A stretch of DNA of 64,000 nucleotides from Alphaproteobacteria bacterium (GCA_965237415.1 CBDEFM010000002.1:2240001-2304000); one strand, 5' to 3'. Positions 39,735 through 50,688 are shown, counted from the first letter of the stretch. The notes: generated from the sequence alone by a model not told the origin. Translations and numbers: made by a program.

Positions 39735-40250
39735 TCACGCGGCGACGTTCATGACGGGTATGCCGAGCTGACGTGCCTTGTCGACGAGGTTCCCTGTGAT
39801 CCCGCTGCCGGGGAAGGCGATGACGCCCTTCGGCAGCAGGTTCAGCAGATCGTCGTTGCGCCGGAAGGGGGCGGCCTTGCCGTGCGCGTTCCAGTCCGGG
39901 CGGCAGACGACCTGATCGACGCCGCGCGCCTCCGCCCAGCTCGCCGCGATCTTCTCGATGCCGGGGCCGCCGCCGTGCAGCAGAACCATGTCGCCGTACT
40001 TCTCGCGCGCCCGGTCGAGCGTGGTCCAGACGGAGTCCGCATCCATGACCTGCTTGCCGCCGGTGATGGCCACCAGGGTTCCCTCCGGCAGGTGCGCCCG
40101 GGTCTCGCGGTCCTTCCGTGCGCGCTGGAAGTCCCGGGCGTCGATCGCGGCCGATGTGAGCTTGCCGGTCTGGCTGGCGTGCGATCCGTGGCGCGGGCGC
40201 CAGACGTCGCCGGTGTGGACGCGGTAGGCTTCGGCGGCCGTATCGCGCAT
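39735..40250 (-). pseudogene. DUF2493 (SLOG) protein, C-terminal part
   Basis: LLHGGGPG...AAPFRRND...[16 protein letters not shown]. Confidence 0.75.
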
Positions 40251-40430
40251 CGCCGCTGGGGTGCGGGTGGAGTACTACGAGGGCGGACGCGCCCACCTCC
40301 AGCGCGCGGACGCAGACCTGGCGGGGATAGACCGGGGTGTGGTTGACCGTGCCGGTTTGCAGCAGTTCGTCGCGGATGAGCCGGTTCTTGGTGTCGAGGT
40401 ACAACGCGCGGAACTCCTCGACGTCGCGGT
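40250..40430 (-). pseudogene. RadC/JAB fragment
   Basis: [15 protein letters not shown]...[11 protein letters not shown]...HPHPSGD. Confidence 0.8.
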
Positions 40431-41070
40431 GCGCCGCGAACTCGATGTCGAGCCGGGCTACGGTGGCTTCGAGCTCCGGCCGGGCATCCGCCTCGAATGC
40501 GAGCTGGCCGTTGACAGTGCGGGCGACGCAGGCGGCGAAGAGGTTCTGCTTGTCCGACTCGGGCAACGCGCGGAGCGCCGCGAAGGACTCCTGGCGGTCC
40601 TCGATCTCCAGCCAGTCGAAGGAGAGCGACGAGCGGTCGGCCAGCATGGCCTCGCCCGGGACGGACCCGGCCGAAACGGGCGAGGTCGGACCAGTCGACG
40701 TCGAGGCGGGCTTCGGCCCACTTCCAACGGGTCGCCAGTTCGTCCGCCGCGACCTGGAGGCGATCAAGGGCGAGCTGCATCAGAAGCGCCGGGTCCTCGA
40801 GCCAGACGCCGTTCTCGTACTCGTCGGCGAAGAGATCGCGGAGCACGGGACCGCCGGCCGCCTCATAGGCGTCCACGCCGACGTAGCGGGCGAGCGCGGC
40901 GCCGGCGGGAATGCGGTCCTCGGTCAGCATGCGCTTGATCTGCCAGTCGGACGGCCGGTAGCCCTGGTCGCTCACCTGCTCCCACACCGCCAACTGGCGC
41001 GTGCGGTCGGTGGTCACGGTGAAGGCCTTCAGCGTGGCGAGGTCGATCTTGTCCTCGCGGTAGGGGTAGC
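40430..41070 (-). pseudogene. Internally deleted ParB-like paralog fragments
   Basis: Two segments homologous to the 46349 ParB (IDLATLKAF...RFGRV; PGEAMLADR...LDIEFAAH) are joined together. Confidence 0.8.
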
Positions 41071-41108
41071 GGCTTCGTGGCGCGATCGCGCGATCGGAGA
41101 AATCGACA

Positions 41109-41681
41109 ATGAACAAATCGGCGATCGTCGCCCGCGTGGCCAAGCGGATGGGGCTGAACAAGTTCACCGCGGAAGGAGCGGTCGATACCGTTCTTGGGGC
41201 GATCGCCGAGTCCCTTGCGAAGGAAGAGGACGTGCGGATCGCGGGCTTCGGCACCTTCAGGACGCGGAAGCGCGCCGCGAGGACGGGCCGCAATCCGGGG
41301 ACCGGCGAGAGCGTGGCGATACCGGCCTCGAAATCGCCGTCGTTCAAGGCGGCAAAGGCGTTCAGGGAGGCGGTGAGGCGGGGCTGGCCACCAGTGGCGG
41401 AGGAGCCGGCGGAGGACGGCAAGGGTCGGCCGGGCAGCGCTGGCACGATGTTGGAGATGTCGGACTGGCCGGGCGGGGTCGAGCCGGTCTGGACCCTGCT
41501 GGAGGCGGAAAGCGCCCAGGCGCTGCGGGCCGAACCGTCGGCGGACAACCGCACGCTGCGCCTCGCGGCCGACTTGCCGGACGAGGCGGTAGAAGGCTCG
41601 GCGTTCGTGCGCAATGCCCTGATCGCGCTGCAGCGGATATCCGGCAGCGGGTCCGGCACGGTCGCCCGATGCACCATGTAG
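41109..41681 (+). CDS. HU-family protein with C-terminal extension (probably truncated)
   Basis: MNKSAIV...IAGFGTF...GRNPGTGE...PSFKA, followed by an extra domain. Confidence 0.75.
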   Translation: MNKSAIVARVAKRMGLNKFTAEGAVDTVLGAIAESLAKEEDVRIAGFGTFRTRKRAARTGRNPGTGESVAIPASKSPSFKAAKAFREAVRRGWPPVAEEPAEDGKGRPGSAGTMLEMSDWPGGVEPVWTLLEAESAQALRAEPSADNRTLRLAADLPDEAVEGSAFVRNALIALQRISGSGSGTVARCTM

Positions 41682-41791
41682 CGCGAGATATCCATGCCCG
41701 CGTCCGCTGCCAGTTCGCGAATGCGCGCCCATTCGCTCGCCGTCGCCATTACCGCGTGCTGGGTGCGGCGCTCCGCCGGCCGGCGGCTCAT
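41640..41791 (-). pseudogene. MobC/RHH-like fragment
   Basis: ATASEWARIRELAADAGMDISRYMV. Confidence 0.4.
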
Positions 41792-41859
41792 GAGGGCGCC
41801 CCAGGGACCTTGCAGCGAGGCCTGACGCACCTCGGCGCATCCGCATTCGGGCCCATACC

Positions 41860-42092
41860 ATCCACCTCTTCAACGCGGCGCGGGTTGGCTTGGCCAGTGG
41901 CGTGCAACGTTCCTTGCGTCCCTTGCCGATCACTCTTAGGTGGGCTCCGTTGACATGCTTCATGGTGGACTCCTTTCTTCCCGTGTGAGGGGGATGGCCA
42001 GAGTCCAGTATTATGTCGTGTCGCGACCGAGGACCCGCAGAAGCGACAGGGCCTAGGAAGACTCACCCGAGATAAGTAGGTGCCGGATATAG
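41860..42092 (-). pseudogene. Tyrosine recombinase fragment with possible RIT-type element end
   Basis: LRVIGKGRKERCTPL; upstream non-coding end that truncates the neighbouring gene. Confidence 0.45.
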
Positions 42093-42688
42093 TTCGCCAA
42101 CACTGGGATGGAACGGTCCGAGACGCTCGACTTCGTGGACATCTGCGGTCGAGAGTGGGGAGTCCAAATTGCCTGGCTGGAATTCCTGTGGGACGCCCCG
42201 CACCGGACGCGCATCGTGGATCACACCACCGCCGCTCGGAACGGCGAACCCTACGCCGCGCTGATCGATCGCAAGGGATTCGTGCCAAACGTGACGCTAC
42301 GCGCGTGTAGTGGCACATTAAAGAGAGACCGCATTGAGTCCTACGCCCGCCACTGGCTGGGCCTCAAGCGCTGGCACTCCGTCATCGGTCTCCGCGCCGA
42401 CGAGCCGCGCCGGGTGTGGCGCATGCGCGCCATGAACTGCGGCTCGCGCACCGGCGCCCACGCCGTGCTGCCGCTGGCCGACGCCGGCGTCCGCCAGGCC
42501 GACGTCATCGAGTGGTGGAAGCAGCAGCCCTTCGATCTCGGCATCCCATCCTATGCGGGGAACTGCACGCTCTGCATGCTCAAGGGCCGCGCCAAGCTGA
42601 TCCGCCTCATCCGCCAAGACCCCGCCCTTGCGGACTGGTAGACCGCAGTTAACTGCACCCCTTGGAAGCGTTGAGAGGCAAACGTTTC

Positions 42689-42996
42689 GGGTGACCCATC
42701 CGTTTCATCCTCTTTCCGGTCGCGAGTTCGGACTGGTCGAAGTCACGACGATACTGGGGGTGGGGTTGGTCCATTACAGGGGTGATGACGGGGCGTTGCG
42801 CACCATTCGTCAGGCCTGGACAAGCGCTGCGGTCGAAGACCCGTTTATCAGGGTGGCGGCGGGCCGGTCAGCATTCCGTGTCTCGGATCTGCTTGCGTTG
42901 GCGGCATTGCTGGACAGTCTGGACGGAGACGGTTGCGCCGGGAGGGGGGCCGGCGGCGGGACGCGCACTGTCAAGGAGATTTTGCCGCATGTGTAA
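42689..42996 (+). CDS. DUF5372 (Y4bD/Y4pK-like) small protein
   Basis: VTHPFHPLSGREF...W...DPF...GRSAFR...DLL; start uncertain. Confidence 0.6.
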
Positions 42997-43178
42997 GGAT
43001 ATTTTTGTCCATAAACGGCCAATGCGGGGTGTCCCGGCGACTAGAGATGTGGCAATGATTGACCGTGATGCACGGTATTGCAGCGTATTTTCGCCGATGC
43101 AGGGGAAGAAGGGGCTTGATGTGGTGCCAGAAGTGTGCATAAATATATTTACACTCCTTTCCCGATGGAGCCCGCGCG

Positions 43179-43640
43179 ATGGCCAGACGCCCCACCGACG
43201 CAAAGACCCACACCCTCAGGGAGCACAGCTGCCTGAACCCGCATGCCGAGACGGTGCGCGACGAGCTGTTCCTGTCGAACGCGTTCTTCGACCCGCGCGA
43301 CCTGCTCCAGGTCAGGTACGAGATGCTGCGCCGCGTGCGCGAGGACGGCGTGCCGGTGAGCCATGCCGCGGCCAGCTTCGGCGTCTCTCGCCCCACCTGG
43401 TATCAGGCGCAGCGTGCCTACGAAGCGGGCGGGCTGCCGGGATTGCTGCCGGACCGGCCGGGTCCCCGCCGGCCCCACAAGCTCAGCGACGAGGTGGTCG
43501 AGGCGTTGCAGGCGGCGAAGAGCGAACGGCCGGGGCTGACCGCCGCCGACCTGGTCGAGCTCGTGCGCGCGCGCTTCGGCATCACAATCCATCGCCGCAG
43601 CATCGACCGCGCCCTCGCGCGGGGAAAAAAACGCCGATGA
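43179..43640 (+). CDS. HTH DNA-binding protein
   Basis: FFDPRDLLQVRYEMLR...FGVSRPTWYQ...GPRRPHKL. Confidence 0.75.
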   Translation: MARRPTDAKTHTLREHSCLNPHAETVRDELFLSNAFFDPRDLLQVRYEMLRRVREDGVPVSHAAASFGVSRPTWYQAQRAYEAGGLPGLLPDRPGPRRPHKLSDEVVEALQAAKSERPGLTAADLVELVRARFGITIHRRSIDRALARGKKRR

Positions 43641-43939
43641 TGCGCCGCCCGCCGTGCGCCGTGCTCCCCGCAGCGGGCCATTCCGCCTACGGACAGGGCT
43701 ACGAGCGGATGCGCCGTCATGCCGTGGAGCCCGGTGTTGTTCACGACCGCCACGGGCTCGCCGTGGTGGCGCTACGCGGCGTCGCGGCTTGGTTGCACGC
43801 CTTCGTCGACCTGCCCACCCCGCCAGCGGCCGTGTGCACGAGCGCCTCGCCCGAGACGCTGCCCACCGGGGTCGAGACACCGGCGATCGACATTCTCATT
43901 GCCATGCTCAGCCGCCATATGGGGAGGGAGCCAGCATGA
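43637..43939 (+). CDS. Small hypothetical protein of the recombinase module
   Basis: ATGA overlaps with both neighbours; YERMR...GLAV...GVAAW. Confidence 0.5.
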   Translation: MMRRPPCAVLPAAGHSAYGQGYERMRRHAVEPGVVHDRHGLAVVALRGVAAWLHAFVDLPTPPAAVCTSASPETLPTGVETPAIDILIAMLSRHMGREPA

Positions 43940-46008
43940 GAGCCGTCCATCAAAAGGTAACCGCGAGCCATCTGAGCCGCGATGCCTACCTGTATGTGCG
44001 CCAGTCCAGCCTACGACAGGTGTTTGAGCATACCGAGGGCACACGCCGCCAGTACGCGCTGCGCGAACGGGCGGTGGCCTTGGGCTGGCCGACCGAGCGC
44101 GTCGTCGTGATCGACAGCGATCTCGGCCTCTCCGGCGCCGACGGCGACCGCGAGGGATTCAAGCGCCTGGTCGCCGAAGTCAGCATGGATCGCGCCGGGA
44201 TCGTGCTCGGGCTGGAGGTGTCCAGGCTCGCGCGGAACTCCGCCGATTGGCATCGGCTGCTCGAGATCTGCGCCCTGAGCGAGACGCTGATTCTCGATGA
44301 AGACGGCGTTTACGATCCCGTCGACTTCAACGACAGGCTCCTGCTCGGGCTTAAAGGGACCATGAGCGAGGCGGAGCTGCACATGATGCGCGCCCGGCTG
44401 CGCGGCGGATCGCTGAGCGCGGCCCGGCGCGGGGAGTTGAAGGTGCAGCTGCCGGTGGGGCTGGTCTACGACCCACTCGGCCAGGTGGTGCTCGATCCCG
44501 ACGCTCAAGTGCAGCACAGCTTGCGCCTGCTGTTCGACACCTTCACTCGGACGGGCTCGGCGCAGGCCACAGTGAGACACTTCAACAACGAGAAACTGCG
44601 ATTCCCGTATCGTCCACGTCGTGGGCCACATAAGGGCGAACTGCATTGGAAGGCCTTGAAGTTCTCGCAGGCCCTGCGGGTGCTGCACAACCCGCGATAT
44701 GCGGGCGCTTTCGCGTACGGGCGCAGCCGGAAGCGGCGGCGTCCCGGCGGCGGCTTCGAGACCAGGAGCGTTCCGCGTGAGGAATGGACGGTGCTGCTGC
44801 GCGATGCGCACCCGGGCTACATCACCTGGGAGCGCTTCGAGGAGAACGAACGGCAGCTCCGGGACAATGCGCAATCCTACGAAGCGAAGCGACGCAGCCC
44901 CCCGCGCGAGGGACCGGCACTGCTGCAGGGCTTGGCCGTCTGCGGCGTGTGCGGCCGGAACATGACGGTGCGATATCACACCCGCAAAGGGCGCCAAAAG
45001 CCCGACTACGTGTGCCAGCGCGAAGGTATTGAGACGGCGAGCGCCGAGTGCCAGAGAGTATCCGGTGCCCCCATCGACCGCGTGGTCGGCGAGCTGCTGG
45101 TGGAGCTGGTGACACCACTCACGCTGGACGTGGCGTTGCAGGTGCAGGACGAACTCGCCGCGCGCGCCGAGGAGGCCGATCTGTGGCGCGCTCAGCAGGT
45201 GCAGCGCGCCCTCGAGCAAGCGGATCTGGCGCGGCAACGATTCATGCAGACCCATCCCGACAACCGGATGGTCGCCGACGTGCTGGAGGCGGAGTGGAAC
45301 GCGAAGCTACGGGCCCTTGACGAGGCACAGCACGAGCTCGAGCGCAGCCGCGCCCAGCCGGGCCCAGGGCTGGACGAACAGCAACGCCAACGGATTCTCG
45401 CGCTGACCAGCGACTTCCCGCGCCTGTGGAACGATCCGCAGACGCCGAATCGCGAACGCAAGCGGATGGCGCGGCTGCTCATCGAGGACGTGACGTTGAC
45501 CAAGGCCACGCGGAGCCTGGGAGTGCGGCTGCGCGGTGGCGCGACCCGAGAGCTCACCTGGACGCCGGATCCACGCGCGTATGAGATTCGCAGGACCAGC
45601 GACGAGGTCGTTGCCGAGATCGACAGGCTGTTGGACAACCACACCGATGGCGAGATCGCATCGATTCTCAACGAGCGCGGATGCCGATCCGGACACGGCC
45701 TCGCCTTTACCATGAACTTGGTGAAATCAACCCGCTGGAACCGATCTCTCAAGTCTCGCTATGAGCGGCTTCGTGATCGTGAGCTGTTGACGGTCCGTGA
45801 GGCCGCCGACCGACTCGCGGTCTCGATCGACACAATCGGGAGATGGCGCCGGGCCGGGCGTCTGCGCGGACACGCCTACAATGACAGACCCGACTACTTG
45901 ATCGAGATTCCCGACCCCCCACCGATCAAACAGGGGAGTCGATGCCCCTCGCAACGAAAGCCGATCCCCAAGCCAGTGTCTCACCGGACTAATGGAGGTG
46001 TAGTATGA
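43936..46008 (+). CDS. Large serine recombinase (resolvase + recombinase + Zn ribbon + HTH)
   Basis: YLYVRQSS catalytic Ser, DLGLSG, SRLARN, NPRYAG and CGVCG. Confidence 0.92.
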   Translation: MRAVHQKVTASHLSRDAYLYVRQSSLRQVFEHTEGTRRQYALRERAVALGWPTERVVVIDSDLGLSGADGDREGFKRLVAEVSMDRAGIVLGLEVSRLARNSADWHRLLEICALSETLILDEDGVYDPVDFNDRLLLGLKGTMSEAELHMMRARLRGGSLSAARRGELKVQLPVGLVYDPLGQVVLDPDAQVQHSLRLLFDTFTRTGSAQATVRHFNNEKLRFPYRPRRGPHKGELHWKALKFSQALRVLHNPRYAGAFAYGRSRKRRRPGGGFETRSVPREEWTVLLRDAHPGYITWERFEENERQLRDNAQSYEAKRRSPPREGPALLQGLAVCGVCGRNMTVRYHTRKGRQKPDYVCQREGIETASAECQRVSGAPIDRVVGELLVELVTPLTLDVALQVQDELAARAEEADLWRAQQVQRALEQADLARQRFMQTHPDNRMVADVLEAEWNAKLRALDEAQHELERSRAQPGPGLDEQQRQRILALTSDFPRLWNDPQTPNRERKRMARLLIEDVTLTKATRSLGVRLRGGATRELTWTPDPRAYEIRRTSDEVVAEIDRLLDNHTDGEIASILNERGCRSGHGLAFTMNLVKSTRWNRSLKSRYERLRDRELLTVREAADRLAVSIDTIGRWRRAGRLRGHAYNDRPDYLIEIPDPPPIKQGSRCPSQRKPIPKPVSHRTNGGVV

Positions 46009-46348
46009 AGCGTACTCCTGGTGGATCGAGCAGGAAGCCAAGGTCGCCAACCGCACCGGCCCGGACGGCCGCGCCTGCGAATCCATGAAGCGCTTCCGCC
46101 TCGGCGAAACCTACGCCGAGCTCAAGGCCGCGGCGCTTGCCGACCGCGACCTGTTCGACGAAGACGCCGCATCTTCAGACGAGAGCGGCGACTCCCAGTC
46201 CCTCGATTGCCTCTGCACCGATTGAGCCCCCAAGCATGCGCCCGCCCGCCGCGCGGCGCGGAAAGGTCGAGCATGTCCGTCGTGGAGGCGAGCCGGTCGC
46301 CGTGGAGGGGTCCGGCCGTCTCCCAATCCACGCATTCCGGAGCACGCC

Positions 46349-48320
46349 ATGAACGATCCCGTCATCCGACCCATCCCGCTCGACCGCCTGGAGCGCTCGC
46401 CCGCCAACGTCCGCAGGACCGAGGCCGGCAAGTCCGCTTTCGCCGAGCTCAAGGCCTCCATCGCCGCTCACGGGCTGCTCGAGAACCTCGTGGCACGCTC
46501 CATCGGACCCGGTGAAGACGGCGGCGAGCACTACGCCGTCATCGCCGGCGCCCGCCGGCTCGCCGCCCTCAACGACCTCGCCGCCGAGGGCGTACTCGAG
46601 ACCGACCATCCCGTCCCCTGCCGCATCGTCGGCAACGGCGCGATCGACAGCGAGCTCTCCCTCGCCGAGAACGTGATCCGTGTCGCCATGCACCCGGCCG
46701 ACCAGGTGCAGGCCTTCGGCACGCTCGCCGATGCCGGCGCCTCCGTCGCCGATATCGCCGCCCGCTTCGGGGTTTCCGAGCGCATCGTCGAGCAGCGCCT
46801 GCGCCTCGGCAACGCCGCGCCCGAGATCCTCAACTCCTACCGCGAGGGCGAGATCGACCTCGAAACGCTGAAGGCCTTTGCCGTCACCGCCGACCAGGCG
46901 CGCCAGATGGCGGTGTGGGAGCAGGTCAAGGACCAGGGCTACCGGCCGTCCGGTTGGCAGGTGAAGCGCATGCTCACCCAGGACCGGGTGCCCGCCGCGT
47001 CGGCCATCGCCACCTTCGTCGGCGTCGACGCCTACGAGGCGGCCGGCGGCATTGTCGACCGCGATCTGTTCGCGGACGAGGACGAATGGGGCATCTGGTT
47101 CGAGGATGCCGACCTCCTCAGCAAGCTCGCCATGGACCGGCTCCAGGCGGCAGCCGATGAGCTTGCGACCCGCTGGAAGTGGGCCGACGCTCGGATCGAG
47201 GTGAACTGGTCCGACCTCGCCCGCTTCGGCCGCGTGCATCCCACCCCGGGCGAGACCACCGACGAGGAGAAGGCGGAGGTCGAGCGCCTTCACGTCCGCC
47301 ACGACAAGCTCGTCAACATGGACGAGGACGCGTGGACCGGAGAGCTCGCGGCCGAAGGAGAGGCGATCGAGACCCGGCTCGCGGAGATCGAGGCCGCGGT
47401 GGAAGCCCGCGCCGTCTTCCGTCCCGAGGACATCGCGATCTCGGGGTGCATCGTCACCGTCAGCGACGAGGGCAGGATGCAGCTCGTCCAGGGCCTGGTC
47501 AGGCCCGAGGACATCCCCGCTGCCCAGACCAATGACGCTGCCGGAACCGCGCAGGACGGCACCGGCGATGACGACGCCGCCAGCACCGGCACTGGCACCT
47601 CCGGCATCCAGGCTCCCGCGATCTCGGGTCCGGCCATGCCGCCCGCGCGTCCCGACGCTGAGGCCGAAGCGCGCAAGGAGGCGGGCGTGGGCATCGGGCT
47701 CGGCGACGATCTCCGGTCCATCCGCACGGCGCTGGTCAAGGCCCATTTGGCGGAGGATTTCGGGGCGGCCTTCGACCTCGTGCTGTTCCAGATGGGGCAC
47801 GCGGTGTTCACCCCCGGCTACCACGACCACGCGCTCGACATCGCCGTGCGCGAGACCCCGGACCGGCCGCCGCTCCGCGCGAACGATGACGCCTTCGGCG
47901 CCATGAGTCCCGGCGAGGCGATGCTGGCCGACCGCTCGCACCTCTCCTTCGACTGGCTCGCCATCGAGGACCAGGCCGAGTCCTTCACCGCGCTCTGCGC
48001 GCTGCCCGAGACTGACAAGCAGCGGCTCTTCTCCGCCTGCGTTGCGCGCACGGTCAAGGGCCAGCTCGCCTTCGAGGCGAGTGCCCGGCCCGAGCTGGAA
48101 GCCACCGTCGCCCGGCTCGACATCGACTTCGCCGCCCATGTCCGGCCGACCGCCGAGTTGTTCTGGTCGCGCATCCGCAAGGACCGGATGCTCGCCGTGG
48201 CCCGCGAGGTCCTCGGGGTGGAATGGGCGCACGGCCACCGCAAGGACAAGAAGGCCACGCTGTCCACCGCGATGGAGACCGTCTTCGCGAAGTCCGACAT
48301 CGTTCCACTCGGGGTCCCCT
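46349..48320 (+). CDS. ParB/RepB/Spo0J-like protein (ICE/plasmid type), 3' end fused to another gene
   Basis: NVRRT, GLLENLV, VIAGARRLAAL and SLAEN motifs; homology ends near 48320 although the frame runs to 48778. Confidence 0.8.
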
Positions 48321-48810
48321 CGACGACGTCCCGCTGCCGGAGCCGACCCAACCCTCCGCCGCCAAACTGCCGCCCCGCCCCGAGGCGATCCGCATGGACC
48401 TTGCCGTCCGGCCGGCGCGGGCACCAGGCCGCACGTTCGACTTGCCCGCCGACCTCGTGTTCGCCGGCGAACCCTGGGGCTGGCTCGGCGATGCCATGCC
48501 GCTGGTCGCCGTCGACAGCACGATCCAGCCGCACCAGCTCGCGGAACTCCTGCGCGCCGGGTTCTTCTCGCCGTCCGACGATGCTCAGGCTGACAGCTAC
48601 GAGACCCAGCGCGACCGTTTCGACGAGGAGGCGCTGCACATGGCGACCCGCCTGCTTCTGTCGGACGACGAAGCCTGCCGGACATCGATCGCCGAAGCCG
48701 TCCGTCGCGAGCTGCTCTGGCTCTGCCCCCGCGATCGGGCGGTCGATATCCGGATCCGCCGGCCCGACGTCACGGTGACGCTGGGCGACGCCGGGGAGGC
48801 CACGCCATGA
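48320..48810 (+). pseudogene. C-terminal fragment of a conserved ICE hypothetical protein
   Basis: Coding-like frame FFSPSDDAQADSYETQRDRF with no own start. Confidence 0.4.
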
Positions 48811-49338
48811 AAAAGCAATTCACTGTGCAGTGCGGCTATCCGGCCTACTACGCGAACACCGTGACGGTCGAAGCGGAGACACTCGATGACGCCCTGGAGA
48901 AGGCGATCGAGACTGCCAACATCAATGACGGCTGGCGCTCTATCGACCATTGCGGGAAGCCGCCTTCGCCAAGGGCAGAACCGAGCCGATTAATGGCACC
49001 GGGCTGAAATTGAAAATGCCAATTGAGGAAAAATCCATGCCGGCCACACATAGCGGCGCCCACCCGGCGATTCTCCCGAAGGGGGAAGCTTCAGCAACCG
49101 CACCCACGCTCACGCCGCCGCTGTTCAACAGCGCTAACCTCGCTCCCTCGATGGCCGTAGCCATACCCCGTGCGACCAGCGCGACCGCCTCGTCCGCTTC
49201 GCACCAACGCCTCTTAGATACCGATCCTCACCCCGCGCACCGGCACTCCATCGCTTGGCAATAACCCGGGAACTATTCCGCTCCACTGAAATTTCCAGGG
49301 CATGGAAGTTTTCCAGATTGCGCCGATAAGACCTTGTC

Positions 49339-50481
49339 CTATCCGTCCATCGCCTGCTTGAGAGATGACGCAATCCGCTCCGACGCCCTCTGCAGGGGAT
49401 CGTCGGCGATATGGGCGTAACGCGCGGTCGTCTGCGCTTGCGTATGGCCCAGGATCCGCCCCACCATCGGCAAGCTCTCGCCCCCCATTACCGCCTCGGA
49501 AGCGAACGTATGACGCAAGTCGTGGATGCGCACATCGTGCAGCCCGGCCGCCTTGCGCACCCGCCGCCAGGGCTTCTGCAAATCCGTCAGATGCGCACCC
49601 GCACCGGTCCCGACGACAACGTAGGGGTTTCCTTCCACACGCTTTGCGTCGGCCAGAACCTCCAGCGCCGGCCCGTTCAGCGGGATCGTCTTGGCTCCGG
49701 TCTTGGAATCCGGCAGGTGAATCCGGTCGCCCCGGATATGCTCCCATTTCAGGGTCTGGATCTCCGACAACCGTGCCCCGGTGTAGAGCAGGAGCCGGAA
49801 CGCCATCACCGCTGCCGGAGCGAACGATTCCTCCTCGTCCAATGCCTTGCCCAGCCGCGCCAGCTCCTCCGCCGTAAGGAACCGCTCGCGCTTGTTCTCC
49901 TTGTACTTGCGGATGTGATAGCAGGGATTGGAGCGGTCCGGCCGCAGGCCCCATGCTTCCGCAAGGTTCATCATCTTCGACACCACGCCCAGCGTCCGGT
50001 TCGCCTGATACGGCTTGCCCCGCAGGTCGTGGTGCAACGCCGCCACGTCGTCGCGCCCAAGCGCCACCACCTTTATCGATCCGAGAGCCGGCAGGATGTA
50101 TCTCTTCACCGCATGCCTGTATTCCACCTGGGTGCGCGGCTTGCAGTGGACGGGGACATATTCCTCCAGGAACCGTTCCGCCAGCTGCGCAACCGTGGGC
50201 GACAGGCGCTCGGCCTCCTTCTCCTGGTTCGGATTCCTGCCCTCGTCGATGTCGGCGATGATCTTGCGCGCCCTGGCCTTGGCCTCCTCGAAGGGCACGA
50301 CGCCGTGGCGTCCGATCTGGACGCGGATGGTCTTTCCCCGCCTGAAGGTCTGTGCGACGTAGCGCTTTCCGCCGTTGGGATAGACCCGGACGCCGAAGCC
50401 TTTCAGCTGGTCGTCCCATACGAAGTACTCCTTTTCGCGGGCGGGCAGGCCCTCCACGCGGCGCCTGGTCAGCTTGGGCAT
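49339..50481 (-). CDS. int: Tyrosine integrase with N-terminal arm-binding (DUF4102-like) domain
   Basis: WDDQLKGFGVRV, TGARLSEI, SKTG, HDLRH, LGH and TARY motifs; adjacent to the tRNA-derived att site. Confidence 0.92.
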   Translation of the reverse strand: MPKLTRRRVEGLPAREKEYFVWDDQLKGFGVRVYPNGGKRYVAQTFRRGKTIRVQIGRHGVVPFEEAKARARKIIADIDEGRNPNQEKEAERLSPTVAQLAERFLEEYVPVHCKPRTQVEYRHAVKRYILPALGSIKVVALGRDDVAALHHDLRGKPYQANRTLGVVSKMMNLAEAWGLRPDRSNPCYHIRKYKENKRERFLTAEELARLGKALDEEESFAPAAVMAFRLLLYTGARLSEIQTLKWEHIRGDRIHLPDSKTGAKTIPLNGPALEVLADAKRVEGNPYVVVGTGAGAHLTDLQKPWRRVRKAAGLHDVRIHDLRHTFASEAVMGGESLPMVGRILGHTQAQTTARYAHIADDPLQRASERIASSLKQAMDG

Positions 50482-50640
50482 TGGATTCTCTCGGAATGTA
50501 TTCGGAACTTGTCTCCCCGTAGTCCGAGGCTATATCCTGCGTCCTATGTCAGCAACAGGAAAACCTAAGTATCTGATATACAGGATATATGACAGCCTAT
50601 GGCAGTCTTCTGCGCTCTCTGTCAATGTACGATGATCTAC

Positions 50641-50685
50641 CTCATAACCTGAAGGTCGTAGGTTCAAATCCTACCCCCGCAACCA
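50641..50685 (+). other. att junction: 3' half of tRNA-fMet (CAT)
   Basis: CTCATAACCTGAAGGTCGTAGGTTCAAATCCTACCCCCGCAACCA contains the anticodon loop, T-arm and CCA; the 5' half is absent. Confidence 0.9.
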
Positions 50686-50688
50686 AAG

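Larger units (their letters stand above)
42640..46022 (+). mobile_element. Large-serine-recombinase mobile unit (~3.4 kb)
   Basis: CTGGT at both junctions (42635-42639, 46018-46022); removing the unit restores the host ORF. Confidence 0.85.
42092..46225 (+). pseudogene. PAPS-reductase-like (Nin-like) gene split by the serine recombinase element
   Basis: FANTGMERSETLDF...GLRADE...GNCTLC...ADW (to 42639) continues as WIEQE...DCLCTD* (46022-46225) in the reconstituted frame. Confidence 0.78.

Noticed and set aside
42092-46225. Dnd/Ssp phosphorothioation locus
   Set aside because: This is a short, split, phage/ICE-type PAPS-reductase-like gene with no dndD/E or ssp partners.
50641-50685. Functional tRNA-Met gene
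   Set aside because: Only the anticodon loop to CCA is present; the acceptor 5' strand and D-arm are missing.
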